A DNA stretch of 62,925 nt, filler included, from Reticulomyxa filosa (lineage: Eukaryota > Protista > Foraminifera): assembly GCA_000512085.1 (NCBI GenBank). It is 20 parts of 20 records of this genome, joined end to end, with 100 filler letters (N's around TTAATTAATTAA, not from the genome) between each part and the next. Parts side by side here need not be neighbours in the genome. Positions count along the whole stretch, not along the records: positions 1 to 2,788 come from ASPP01014365.1; positions 2,889 to 5,184 come from ASPP01011005.1; positions 5,285 to 12,693 come from ASPP01007838.1; 17 more parts are not named here. One strand, 5' to 3'. Positions 1 to 12,793 of the stretch are shown in pieces. The notes under the pieces were generated by a model that was not told where the DNA came from, did not search any database, and was given only the letters and a program-made list of their open reading frames with translations. The position numbers and the translations under genes were made by a program. Positions within the stretch are counted from its first letter, which is position 1, and every line of letters starts with the position of its first letter.

Positions 1-34
<34 letters not shown>

Positions 35-36
<2 letters not shown>

Positions 37-2741
37 ATTGTTATCTTTATGGTCCTTTTCAAAAATGTTGTTTTCGTATCAAGCGGACAGACAGAACATA
101 TTCAGCGGCCAAAAGACAGGAGTGTTGTATGACATATCGGTCCACAAACCCAACCCCAATTATCGACATGTGTTCGATTCCTTTTCTTTGTGCGCAGTCA
201 CCAATCGCAATTGCGTCTTCTTTGTGTCCCTCGAACCCACCAGAATTCTGTTGCCAAGGATCCAACACGAGCCTGAAGACGGTTGCGTGCCAGTTGTGGC
301 ATGGATGAATTCTGTATCACCTCGTTCCGAGTCATCATACAATACACATACATATATACATATATACATATATATGTATATGTACATATATGTATATGTA
401 TATATACCATCTTAAATCCAATTATATGTTGTTGTTTTCTTGCTCAAGCTCGTGGAATAGTGGGAACTGGACGAGTGCAACAGTCGCATGACCCATCTAA
501 TAATGCAGTCATCCCACAACCGCCCACGAAACTGCCTCCGCCCTCGCCTTTGGCAATCGAAAGTTCAAGTACTCATATGCGTGTAGTGTCCTCCACGTCT
601 CTGCCCTCTGCTGCCGGCGGGACGCCTCCTCCCCCTCCCCCTCCCCCTCCTCTCCCTCTTCTCCCTCCGCCTCCGCGTGCGCCAGGGCGATCCACAGGCG
701 GCGAGGAACTCGCCTCGCCGCGTACGAGCAAGGTGGACATATCATCGACCACACGTCCGTCCAAGGCTAGCACGGCTCCGTTTTATCGCAACCCCATTAT
801 CGCGTGTGGGGCCGGCAGAATACTGCAGTACTTTGAAGTGTATTGCTCGGACGAGCGCGAGCTGACGCAGTCGAGAAACACCGACTTGATTAAGCTGCGA
901 GGAATTGGAGAGTTGCAATTGGACAACATTATCATTGCCATGAGATGGCTCAACGATCAAGGTTTTTTTTTTTTTTTTTTTTTTATTTACAATAAATGAA
1001 TTGAATTGAATTGAATAAACATGCTTTAATATATGTTTATGTTATGATATGGCGTAGATGTTGGCCGTACTCACGTCCGATTTCAAAGTGCTAATTTGCA
1101 ATAGTAGTCCGAGTGAAGTGACTGACACAATAGTGACGGACAACCGATCCTTAGTGACTCATACTCATTTCCCTGACCCATTGAACCAAACGCGTCCGAT
1201 CCCTTCGTATGCAAACTCGATTGAAGTACTGTACGGCGAAGATAAAGGCGGCCAAGACAACAAACTACTATGTCTGGGTGCGAACGCCGCCACGCAAATC
1301 GAACTGGTGTCATGGAACGACCGAGTGTCTCGACTCATCGGACAATCCGAATGGGATAAGGCATTATGTTTGGTCATTCAACTCTTTGAAGTTTTGTATT
1401 TATTTATTTATTTATTTATTTATTTATTTGTGAGATTCATTCAATTTATTAAAAAAAAATTATAAATATAAATATAAATAGGACTTTGGACAAGATAAAA
1501 TAGTAATGAATCCTAGTGTACGGCATCTAATAGATCGCATGGACGAACTAATTGTAGACTATGCCGACTTTGTGCTAGGCAAAGACCAACAGACTTCGCT
1601 GATGAAATTTGGAAGTGTCGCCATGGACTATTGCGTTTGCACACAGCAAATGACGCTGCTGTTTGATTATGTGTTTGTGCGAATGCAACAAATTACGGGC
1701 GGAGTAGAACTGTTTTGGCAACTGCTGCAGCCCTATGTGCTGTGTGGACGAATCACGAAAATATCGCCCGATTTGGTCGAACAGTTTATTCGTTATTTGA
1801 TCCAACAAAATCGAGCCATGGAAGCAGAACAGGTCATTTTGCATTTGCCTTGGAATTCTTTCAGCTTGGATCGAATTATCAAAGCTGCCAAAAGAACCAG
1901 TTTTTCATTGCCTTGTGTTACATCCACAATGAAGCCTTTGAAGACTTTGCAACTCCGCCCATGGATATGTTTTATCGCTTCATTCAGCCCCTCTTGCAAT
2001 CCACTTCTTCCAATGCCAACTTACAACAACAGGTTCGACAAAAGACCTACTTGCTGCTCGTGTATTTCCACTCCATTGTCCGAGGAAAAAGTTTTCCCTG
2101 GAGAAAACCCTTGCCGTCTCCGACCAAAGTCCGACAGCAAATTATCACAACCATTTTCGATAAAACCAGACATTATGTCCTTTTGAAACACTTGCTTTCC
2201 TTTGATTTGGAAAACGCCTTGCCCATTTTCAAAATCATTTTTGATGATCAATATCTGTTTGCAATTCGTTCCAATCCTCAGAAACTGTCTCCTACTGTTA
2301 CGTATACGCTAATCATTTATATACACATATATATATGTATATATATAATTTTGTTGTTGAATTTGATCACAGTCAGCCAGCAAACGAAAACATCGAACCA
2401 GTTTGCAAGTGAATGACATGTTGATGCTTGCGCAACTGGACGCGATGAGGAGCAGCAAGTTGCGCAATCGATTGGACAATGGTTACAACAATGATAATAA
2501 CAATGGCAATGTCGATGACATTGACAGCGAGAGAAAACGAGAAGAAGAAGAACAAGAAGAAGAACAAGAAGAAGAACAAGAAGAAGAGAGACAGCGTATT
2601 TACAGTAACAGATCAATGCCTCCAAAGATCAATGTCGATCATAGCGTTGATCCAAACATCCAAATTCCAACCCGTCAGGAGATGTTCGATAAGTTGGTTG
2701 AATTGCTCAGCAAAGACGAAAATTCCATTGGAAAAGATAAA
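35..2741 (+). CDS. VPS8: Vacuolar protein sorting 8 (CORVET subunit) homolog, internal multi-exon fragment; 1-nt frameshift near 1890
   Basis: Approx. exons 35-330, 449-961, 1058-1390, 1482-2298, 2374-2741. The segment 'LLQPYVLCGRITKISPDLVEQFIRYL...AEQVILHLPWNSFSLDRIIKAAK/KNQFFIALCYIHNEAFEDFATP' matches the Vps8 central domain pattern (LEPYIL...I.P...E..I.H.D...LD......LY.A.IY.YN...DF..P). The frame switch is at an A-run (gccaaaagaac). Confidence 0.8.
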
Positions 2742-2754
2742 GTATATGTACATA

Positions 2755-2788
<34 letters not shown>

Positions 2789-2888
2789 NNNNNNNNNNNN
2801 NNNNNNNNNNNNNNNNNNNNNNNNNNNNNNNNTTAATTAATTAANNNNNNNNNNNNNNNNNNNNNNNNNNNNNNNNNNNNNNNNNNNN
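2789..2888. other. Artificial contig-joining linker (44 N + TTAATTAATTAA + 44 N); first of 19 copies
   Basis: Identical 100-bp spacers also start at 5185, 12694, 13851, 14951, 16163, 21024, 23104, 25498, 27380, 29368, 32763, 36414, 38405, 47880, 49251, 54493, 56473 and 57672. The 12-mer gives stops in all six frames. Confidence 0.98.
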
Positions 2889-4559
2889 TTCCCGCAGGAG
2901 TTTCGCCAACTGGGCCGACATGTCATAGCGGCTACGTTCTTCATTTCCAATTTCGCACTCCTGAACGAAGTCGGTTACTTCGACATGGAGGCACATACAA
3001 AGCCACTACTCCATTTATGGTCCCTGGCCATTGAAGAGCAGTTTATCTTTTCTGGCCGCTCTTTGCCTGGGCCACGCGGAACCGACGACGTCTTTCGTGA
3101 CAGGAACTCTGGCCATCACGATAGGCTCTTTTGCCCTAAGCACTACCTCCGCCGACAATTCAGTAGCCTTCTATTCACCGTTTACCCGAGCGTGGGAACT
3201 GACCGCAGGTGTCTTGATAGCGCACTTGCCACGCCAAGCACTGGCGAATTGGCTTACGGCTCCTATCGTACGCCATGCTGCCAGCATGATCGGACTTGGT
3301 GCAATTATCTCAGCCGGATTGGTCACCGACGCCCGATCATTCCCCGGGTACTGGCCATTGTTGCCGGTGCTTGGAGCGGCATTGGTAATTGTAAGCGGGC
3401 CCCATACCCTTGCGAATTCGTATCTGCTTGCTTCCCGGCCGATGACTTGGATCGGAAAGATTTCCTACCCGTTGACCTTTGGCACTGGCCGTTGTTTTCC
3501 TACGCTTGGCTGGCTTATGGAGCCAAGCCGCCCGTGGATGTGCGGCTCGTCCTATTAGCCGCAAGCGTGCTGCTTGCGTGGCTAACCTACACACTCGTTG
3601 AAAAGCCTATCCGCTTCGGAGTTGTTCGCTCATATCCTGTGCCCACTCTGAGCATTGCCATGTTGTTGCTAGGGACCACAGGCGTCGCCGTATTAAGTTG
3701 GCATGGTTTGCCGGAGCGTAGAGTCGCAAAAATCAACCAGTCTCTTGCTTACGATCTACGTGTCCCAACTGATAGCAGGACCTCAGATGGCACCTGTGCG
3801 ATGAGATATGGCATCGAAACGGGTGACACGTATGTTTGCTTCGCGAACTCGCCAGATCCTCGAATGCTCGTCATTGGCGACAGCGTTTCCATGGCGTTCT
3901 ATTCTGGAATTCATGCAAATCTCGTAGAAGAGAGGGCGGTTTTCGTTGGCGCCCACAGCTTCAATTGGGCTCGCTCCGACTGCATAAGTCCGGGCAATCT
4001 CGAAAAATGGATGGCAGGTGGGGAAGTTTGTCAGCGCGTTGTACGCAGCGCCTTCGAAATCCTAGCACGCGAACCCTCGATTGAGGTCGTCGTCGTCCCT
4101 ACCTACTCACGCAATCCCTTCTTTACAGATGAAACAGCGCTCGCAAGTTTCCAGCAGGACGTTCAAGCCCTTGGTAAGAGCGTCGTTTACGTGATGTCCG
4201 TTCCGCAGTTTGGCAATCCACCAGGAGGCTGTCATCCCAGACGCCTCTTTGTGTGGGGATTCGATGTTACTCGTCCTGGCAATGACTATTCCTGTCGCCA
4301 GTTGCGATCGCAACTCGAGCCCGACCTCCTGCGGCAGCGTGACCTTTTCCTGAAGATGAGCAGGGCATACCCCAATACATTTGCATTCGATGCTTTCGAG
4401 CCCTTCTGCGACAGGCTGGAATGCAATCAGTCCGATGAGAGCGGACCCCTATATTGGTCGTGGGCGCACATCAACGAGCGAGGTAGCAGCCTTGTCTTGC
4501 ACGTATTCCTGCCTTGGCTGCACAAGGCGATTTTGCCTCAACTACCGCGCCCGCACTAA
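2889..4559 (+). CDS. Bacterial acyltransferase family 3 (OafA/OatA-like O-acetyltransferase) with C-terminal SGNH domain; 5'-truncated, three apparent 1-nt deletions (~3043, ~3094, ~3474)
   Basis: Motifs 'GYFD...KPLLHLWSLAIEEQF', 'PFTRAWEL', 'IGKISYPL[Y]LWHWP', 'TYTLVEKPIR', SGNH block I 'IGDS' and C-terminal 'AHINERGS'. GC-rich and intronless. Confidence 0.9.
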   Translation, partial: FPQEFRQLGRHVIAATFFISNFALLNEVGYFDMEAHTKPLLHLWSLAIEEQFIFSGRSLPGPRGTDDVFRDRNSGHHDRLFCPKHYLRRQFSSLLFTVYPSVGTDRRCLDSALATPSTGELAYGSYRTPCCQHDRTWCNYLSRIGHRRPIIPRVLAIVAGAWSGIGNCKRAPYPCEFVSACFPADDLDRKDFLPVDLWHWPLFSYAWLAYGAKPPVDVRLVLLAASVLLAWLTYTLVEKPIRFGVVRSYPVPTLSIAMLLLGTTGVAVLSWHGLPERRVAKINQSLAYDLRVPTDSRTSDGTCAMRYGIETGDTYVCFANSPDPRMLVIGDSVSMAFYSGIHANLVEERAVFVGAHSFNWARSDCISPGNLEKWMAGGEVCQRVVRSAFEILAREPSIEVVVVPTYSRNPFFTDETALASFQQDVQALGKSVVYVMSVPQFGNPPGGCHPRRLFVWGFDVTRPGNDYSCRQLRSQLEPDLLRQRDLFLKMSRAYPNTFAFDAFEPFCDRLECNQSDESGPLYWSWAHINERGSSLVLHVFLPWLHKAILPQLPRPH

Positions 4560-5184
4560 CGGGCGAAAAGCCATTTCAGCATTGACACAGGCGTAGACTT
4601 ACCTCGCCCTAAAGCAGCCCTTAGCTCCTCGTTCTCACGAACCAACTCTGCCATCTCCGCCGTAAGCCGTTTGAGGGACAAAACCTCTGGATGGCGGTCA
4701 TTAGAAGTCATCGGCGATGGTAGTAGTGAGCGTTGCTCACCGCTATAACGAGACCACGCTTCGGGCGTTACAAAAACGTCACCATTCCAATGCGCAGGAC
4801 TCTGAGAGCCAACCCAAGCCGGCGCGAAACAGATATGTACTGTCTTCCGCACTCGCTCCATGACGTTTGGATAGCCGCCATGGCGCAGATTCTCGGTGAA
4901 AAACAATGCATCACCCGCTTCCATAGGCAACGGCACCATTCCTGGCTCATGGAGAGGATCGTTCCCGTAAGGAGATTGGAAGTTTGACTTGTGCGACCCT
5001 GGCACAACGCAAAGTGGTCCGTTCTCTAAAGGCACGTCATGAAGAGCATAGAGGACCCGCACTGAGAGAAGGTCGAAATGCCGGCTGGCTTTACCATCTG
5101 GATCCGGCGTTGGGTCAGTTACAAATGTGTATCGATTCCGGCGATCAATCGGCCCGCCCATATGGGTGCCGGTGATGTTGCCGC
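4556..5184 (-). CDS. Bacterial phytanoyl-CoA dioxygenase (PhyH)-family Fe(II)/2-oxoglutarate enzyme, 5'-truncated, with C-terminal coiled coil
   Basis: 'YALHDVPLENGPLCVVPGSHK', 'AGDALFFTENLRHGG' and downstream Arg 'RKTV'. The frame is open to the contig edge (GNITGTHMGGP). Convergent with the acyltransferase, 3' ends overlapping by 4 nt. Confidence 0.88.
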
Positions 5185-7212
5185 NNNNNNNNNNNNNNNN
5201 NNNNNNNNNNNNNNNNNNNNNNNNNNNNTTAATTAATTAANNNNNNNNNNNNNNNNNNNNNNNNNNNNNNNNNNNNNNNNNNNNAAAGTTATTAAAAATC
5301 AATATCATATTTAAAAACTACAAGACTTATAAAAAAAAAATTAGGTATAAATGTTGATTTTTCATTGATAAAATCAATTATCATCATAAGATATGTTTTA
5401 GGCGTTCAGTTTTCTTTGCAACCTACTGTATATTTTATGCAAATGAAAAGCATTACTTACATTTGCATATAAATGTTTAGTCTATAAAATTTAGATATTT
5501 TGAATAAGAAATAAAGAAATATGACTTGAATATTATAATTTGAAAAAGTTAAACAATAAATTATGTTTAATAATATATGATAATTATCATTTATTACAAT
5601 TTCCGAATGAAAGGATTAGTGAAGAATAAGTTAATGAAAAAATAATTTTAGTACATACAATATTAGAAAAATTTGACTTCGAACATGGGGACTTTGACTT
5701 AAGAAATGTCTATTTATATTTTGATCGAGTAAATTAAATTAAAGTTATTGATTTAGAAAAGTGATTTTTTAATACTTGAATATATCAAAATTTTGCAGAA
5801 ATTTTTTTTTATTTAATTGAGTTAGCGAATCTATGATAAATACCATTTCCTATCAAGAGTTAGCAGTAAGTATCATTTTGTTGATAGTGTCATCGACTTG
5901 ACATGAATTTTTTTCCGAAAACAAATAAAAGATATACATTCAGATTACACAAGAAAAATACTGAAAATTGATTATCAACATTGTTATTCAACTTTGAAAA
6001 AAAAAAATTAAGTCAGAACTGTAATGTTACCTACATAGACATAATTTTTTCAATTCAACTGAACGAATCTAACTTTCCCAAACTTATTCAAAGTGTTAAA
6101 GAGATTGACCGTGAATGAACTTAATTTTATTTTGATTCTGGGTGTGTCATTGTCAAGTAATTCCTTCATTATCTCCTGTTCCTTGAAATTATACAAAATA
6201 TCATTCAAATGGTTTGAACAAATTAACAAAAAAAAATTGAAGTATTTACACGATTATCTTATTATATTTGAAAAACAAAGTAACAATTTCCAAGTTTTAC
6301 AATATTTGACAAAATTTCTTTACAATACCAATTAATCATTTGAACAAAGCCTTCATTTACATCAAATAATTATATCTCGTGATTATTTTAACTATTCACA
6401 CAAATGCAATATGACTACATTGCTCTTTTTATTGTATATTAAAAGTTTCTTATCTGGATTACTTATTGCTTGTCATACATGATTGACACAATTTGATTTA
6501 ATTTCTTTTGCTTTTTTTTTATATTATGAAGATACAAGTAAACTCATTTATAAAGATCTTGAGAATTTAAAAAAACAAACAAATAATCTTGTTTCAAATG
6601 AAATAAACATTAAAAACATGATGTAATTGAATTGTTCAATCAATATTTAGTATTGTAAAGAAATTGTGACAAAAATATTGCCAAAACTTGGAAATCTTTA
6701 CTTTATTCGTTTTGGCATAATTTTATTTATACAAAGAGAATATTGGAATTTACAATTGCGAGCACACGAATAAATAAAAGAGGTATTTCGAGAAAAAATT
6801 AAAGAATAATGTCTCAGGATATTTCTTCATTTTCCTATTATATATATTTTAATAAATACTGCCATGTTATAAAAAAACATTTCCTTTTCACGAAGTAAAA
6901 GTTGTAGCAATTGATTTGTAAACCACTACCAGATTCTCAATGAAATAAATGTTAAGAACACTTTGAAAATAGTCTTTCTGTGCAAAACATTTGTAAGTTT
7001 GGTAGGTTTTCTGAAAAAAAAAGTGCAAAATATACTGTTGACCATTTGTGATTACCTGTTGAGGTGACGTTGTTTTTATTTTCGGAAGTGATAATTCTGT
7101 ATTCGTGAAATTATGCCAGTAAGCGTATTTTTTCACTATTTTCTCCAGTTTTTTAGCGAGACACTAAAATCATGCGCTTTTTTTCAAAATAATTTTTTTG
7201 TTGTCTCTAAAA

Positions 7213-8436
<1,224 letters not shown>

Positions 8437-9566
8437 AACCAAGTGTCAAAAGTCTATTAAAAGGGTGAATGCAATCAAATCAAAAAATAAAGAGAAAACT
8501 TCTCTTTTGGCGGTGTCTGTGGGAAACGGAAAAGAGTTGTTTGACGTTTTAATTTGGGAAGTACGTGTTGAAAAGGTGTTTCCTTTTTTTGTTGTTATGC
8601 AACAGCTCCAAGTTGCACTACTGAAATTTAACTGATTTCCAATATCTCAAGGAATTCAAATCTCCTTTTTGCTCCAACTTTTTTTTTGCTTGCACAAGAT
8701 TTTTCAAAGTTATTCCTGAATCATTAACTATTTTTAATTCAATAGATACACTGTTTAGTTTTTCCCCCAAAAAATGTTGTGTGGAATTTAGAGACAAAAT
8801 TAGAAAGTAATTTATTAAAAAAACAGAGTGGTATTGTTTCCACTTTATCACTGGATTTCTTTCTGTGATACTATTCAAATCTGCTTTTGTACGCGACAGT
8901 GGAATTTGAGATGTCCACTCTGTTGCCCGTTCACAAAAAAAACTTGTCAAAAAAAACCAACTGTTCGAAAGGAACATAAACAAGCGATGCAGCAAGAAGG
9001 ATTAGAATAGTGTTTTCCTTGGTATAATTCCATTCAATTTCTTTTTTTTATTTGGGATTGATTTTTTTGGAAAGAAAAATACACGTTTTTCTGCGAACCT
9101 GAAAATTTTTGTTAGAAAGATGGTCGATGTGGATGTTTGTTCTGTTGTGAAAGAGATCAAAGGAATCTGTACCAAAGCAAAAACAGTGGGCAAGGCCAGC
9201 ACATGTCATTTTACGTGACACAAAACCTATTTGGGACTTTACTGGTGTTAGCCTTGACAGTAGTACTTTTGCTGTTGCTTCATCTGAATGCCAAAGTTAA
9301 AGCCAACACAAAAAAAATAAAAATAAAAACTAAATAAACAACAAACTCAACAAACCAACAAATCCAATCAGCAACAAAATGTATCAATATGGGATTTCGT
9401 GAGAGTGCCAGCAAAGGAATATTACAAACAGCACTGGCAATGTGGTCAACAGGTACTAACCAAATTAAATAAATAAAAAAAAAAAGTATTGTGTTTTGAG
9501 TGGATCGTGTAAGACACAATAAATGAAGATAGTTTTGTGTAATTAATTGTGATTGCACAGCAATGG

Positions 9567-10600
9567 ATGTGTAGCCGTGTTTGTGAACTGGTACACAATG
9601 GAATGGAAGGGCTGGAAAAGCAATGGACGGAATGGCAGTCCAAGACAGGGCGTGTGAGATGGAAAAGAGCAGAAAGTGGAATGGAAGACCAACAGGCTAA
9701 TAAGGATACGAACGAGAGTGTAAAAGATGCGCGAAAGCCAGCTAAAAAGCGCGTCAGTTTTGCATTGGATAAGAATGAAGTATACTTGGTGCCTGACGAA
9801 GACCCAAGTCGTTTCTCTGCCATACATTACTTGGCCGACCTTGAAAGGCATGTGACCGCGTTATTCCACGAATGGATGACCGCACTTAGTTATGACGATG
9901 ACGACCCCTCCTCTGTCCGTCATCCTGGAGGCGTATGGAAGCATGTAGATGACGTTATTTGCAGTACGCATCACAGATTAATCGCAGACGATCTCATCAG
10001 CGAAACAGAAACGGAAACAGAAACGAATACCACCACGTCCTTGTCCACGTCCATGTCCGCATCTGCGTCCACATGCTCTCCATCACCCTCTCCACCGCCC
10101 TTGTCGTCACCATCACCACATGCCCCTTGTTTGGAAGAGAGCGAGTCCGATACTGAACCCTTCCCGTTTCAAAACCTGACAATTTTTACAAGTTGTGCTG
10201 TGTTTTTTTTTTTAACAGTGAACCTTTTTTTTTTTTTTGTGCGACCCTCAATCGCAAACTTTCTTCTTTTCCTCTCATAACACACAATAAAAAAAAAGAA
10301 GTAAATGAGGTGAAAATTGTCTTGGAAGAAATACTGCATACAATAAGTGAAATTCGTAAAATGACCGGTTTTGCAGTTTCCACGTATCCCCGTTTAATGG
10401 CGACGTTACGTCGTGCGCAATTGCCTTGCCAGTTTAATCAACCCAAATATTATTATTCAACGTTTTTCCAATCTCGTTGGGAGCATTTTTTGGAAGCTGC
10501 TTCTATTCGTTCACTTATTCGATCGCCTTTCTCCGCTTCGAAACGTACTTCTTGTCATGACTTGAATCGTCAACGCGTTTCGAAAAGCTCAACGCGATAA
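9567..10600 (+). CDS. Hypothetical protein with RVxF-type PP1-docking motif (KKRVSF); probably 2 exons
   Basis: Long ORF 9549-10280, GC-richer than its flanks. KKRVSF at 9744-9761 followed by an S/T/P/E-rich region. Likely second exon about 10302-10600. Confidence 0.5.
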
Positions 10601-12793
10601 CTACGACAAATGTAATCGACTACTCCGTCTTGTTGTTATTACTTTGTTGTTGGTGAGTATGTGTGCAAAGGGTTTGGTTCAATTTTGTACTTTTGTTTTT
10701 TGAAAGGATAAAAATAACCAGGTGCTATTATTATGGTCCAAAACTTAAAATCATTTGTTGCAAGATGCACACAAAAAGTTGTTGCCATTATATATGTATG
10801 AGTGTTTGTGATCGCTTTTGTTTCAATTAGGTTAGTGGCCCGTTTTTATTTTGTTTTGGAGTGTGTAGGGTCAACTTGTTTTGTGTGAAAGTTACCTAAA
10901 AAGCAAACTTCATTCTTTTATCCTCTCATTGTCAAATTTCGATCATAATGTAAGAGATGAACAGTTGCATACCTTTTTCGTCACTCTCTAGGACAAAGTT
11001 GATTTATGTTCTAGCCACAATATTATTATATTTTCTAACACGAAAATTCCTGAAAATTTGAGTCGCATTTATATTAATTTTTGCACAATTTCATCAGGGA
11101 CGAAATAACACAACTTGAAGAGTTGAATTTACACGAAAAACATTACATTACACTCTCCAAGACAATCAATTGATCACATTCCAAAATTATATTTGTGATA
11201 ATCGTCGCCAGAAAATATGTTTTTTAATTAAATAATGCAGTGGATTTTGTTATCATTTTAAAACAGAATTTTTAATCTCAATTGAATTACATTCTAATTT
11301 AGCAACTAGCAAAATAAAAGTGATAAAAATCAATAGCAATTCACAATATATTAGCAAAATAAATAACATAAAAATAATGCAAAACAATACCAAAAGTTAC
11401 ATCATACGAAATATCGAAGTATTACATGTATGCTGGCCGAAGCAAATTTATCGTTATTAATCTTTTTTAAAGTTAAATAAAACGCTAATATTTTAAGGTA
11501 CAAATTCCCAAAGATTACTTTGTGTTGCATTGTAGTTATTGTATTTGCTTTATGAGGTAGTAACTTTCTTTTAATGTTATTTGAATTAATTTAGCTTTAA
11601 TTTAAGGAAAAAATCTCAAATATTTTGCTATTTTAGATATGTGCACTGTTTCAGAAGGATTAAGATATTTTGTTTTACTTAACGCTTATGTTGCCCAATT
11701 AATTGCAGAAAAAATGATAACAACTGTTTCACTTTATTGTTATTTAGTGAACATGTTGTAGCTCTAATGTTCACTTAGACTTTGAAGCTCGTAATATGGA
11801 CTTACCCTACAATATAAATCGTGTTTTTTGAAAAGAACATTGAAACAGAAACAGCTATAGAACCAATTCTATGTCTTGTTTAGTATGTGAGTGATTATAA
11901 AGGTGACCGTTGTGTTAGTATGTATTGCTCTCTATCAATTGATAACTTACTTTTTAAAAGATTTGCAAAAGAGTTTCATAAAAGAACTAAATTAATTCAA
12001 AGTTTGATTGTTTATCCTTAACAAGTAATTAATTGCAACACGATTATTTTTCTTTGAAGATTATACATATGCGATCATTCTAATAATCCAATTGCACAAA
12101 TTTTTGAGCGTTTATTCAATATCTGAATAATCAAATTTTATACTTTTTCATTGATAAATGTGAAAGGGTCAATTTTTGGCATAAATTCTTTAGCAAAACT
12201 TACAATTTTTTCAACTGCAGATAAGATACTTTTTTGTTCTTTAAAAAAATTATAAAAAGTGTGTTTCATGGATTGAAACAGTCATATAAATACACTTTAT
12301 AATATATTATATATCGTATAAACAAACAATTATTGCTCAAATAAAAGATATTACATTTATGTATATTTGTTTTTTATATTTATTATAATTGTATAAATAA
12401 ATAATTAAATGTATACCACTTTCATTTTACATGAATCACAATTCTTTTTTTAAAAATACTTTTTTTTAATAAATTCGTTTGATCTTTAAAAATTGATTTA
12501 AAACATCTTTTGCATGACAGAACAATAAATGTAATTGTTGATTTAACAAGATAATCTTTATGAATTAGCTGAATAATTTTCAATTTGGATCAGTTTTAAA
12601 TTCATGTTTCCTTTGATTGAAATGATTAAATTATATCGATTGCAAAAATTTCTGAAATTTGGAAACAAAAAATCTTGGAAAAGTACTTATCTCNNNNNNN
12701 NNNNNNNNNNNNNNNNNNNNNNNNNNNNNNNNNNNNNTTAATTAATTAANNNNNNNNNNNNNNNNNNNNNNNNNNNNNNNNNNNNNNNNNNNN

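Noticed and set aside
2833-2844. Recurrent TTAATTAATTAA palindrome between N-runs as a biological repeat or CRISPR-like array
   Set aside because: It is identical, always centred in exactly 100 bp with 44 N each side, and encodes six-frame stops. It is an assembly concatenation linker.
2889-5184. Bacterial genes as horizontal transfers into the protist genome (also 36514-38404)
   Set aside because: They fill whole separate contigs with no introns or host flanks, and the second has bacterial promoter, SD and terminator signals. Contamination or associated bacteria is simpler.
5285-6900. Possible decayed coding sequence in the AT-rich tract (also ~11750-12150)
   Set aside because: Only short codon-like patches. 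No family could be recognised.
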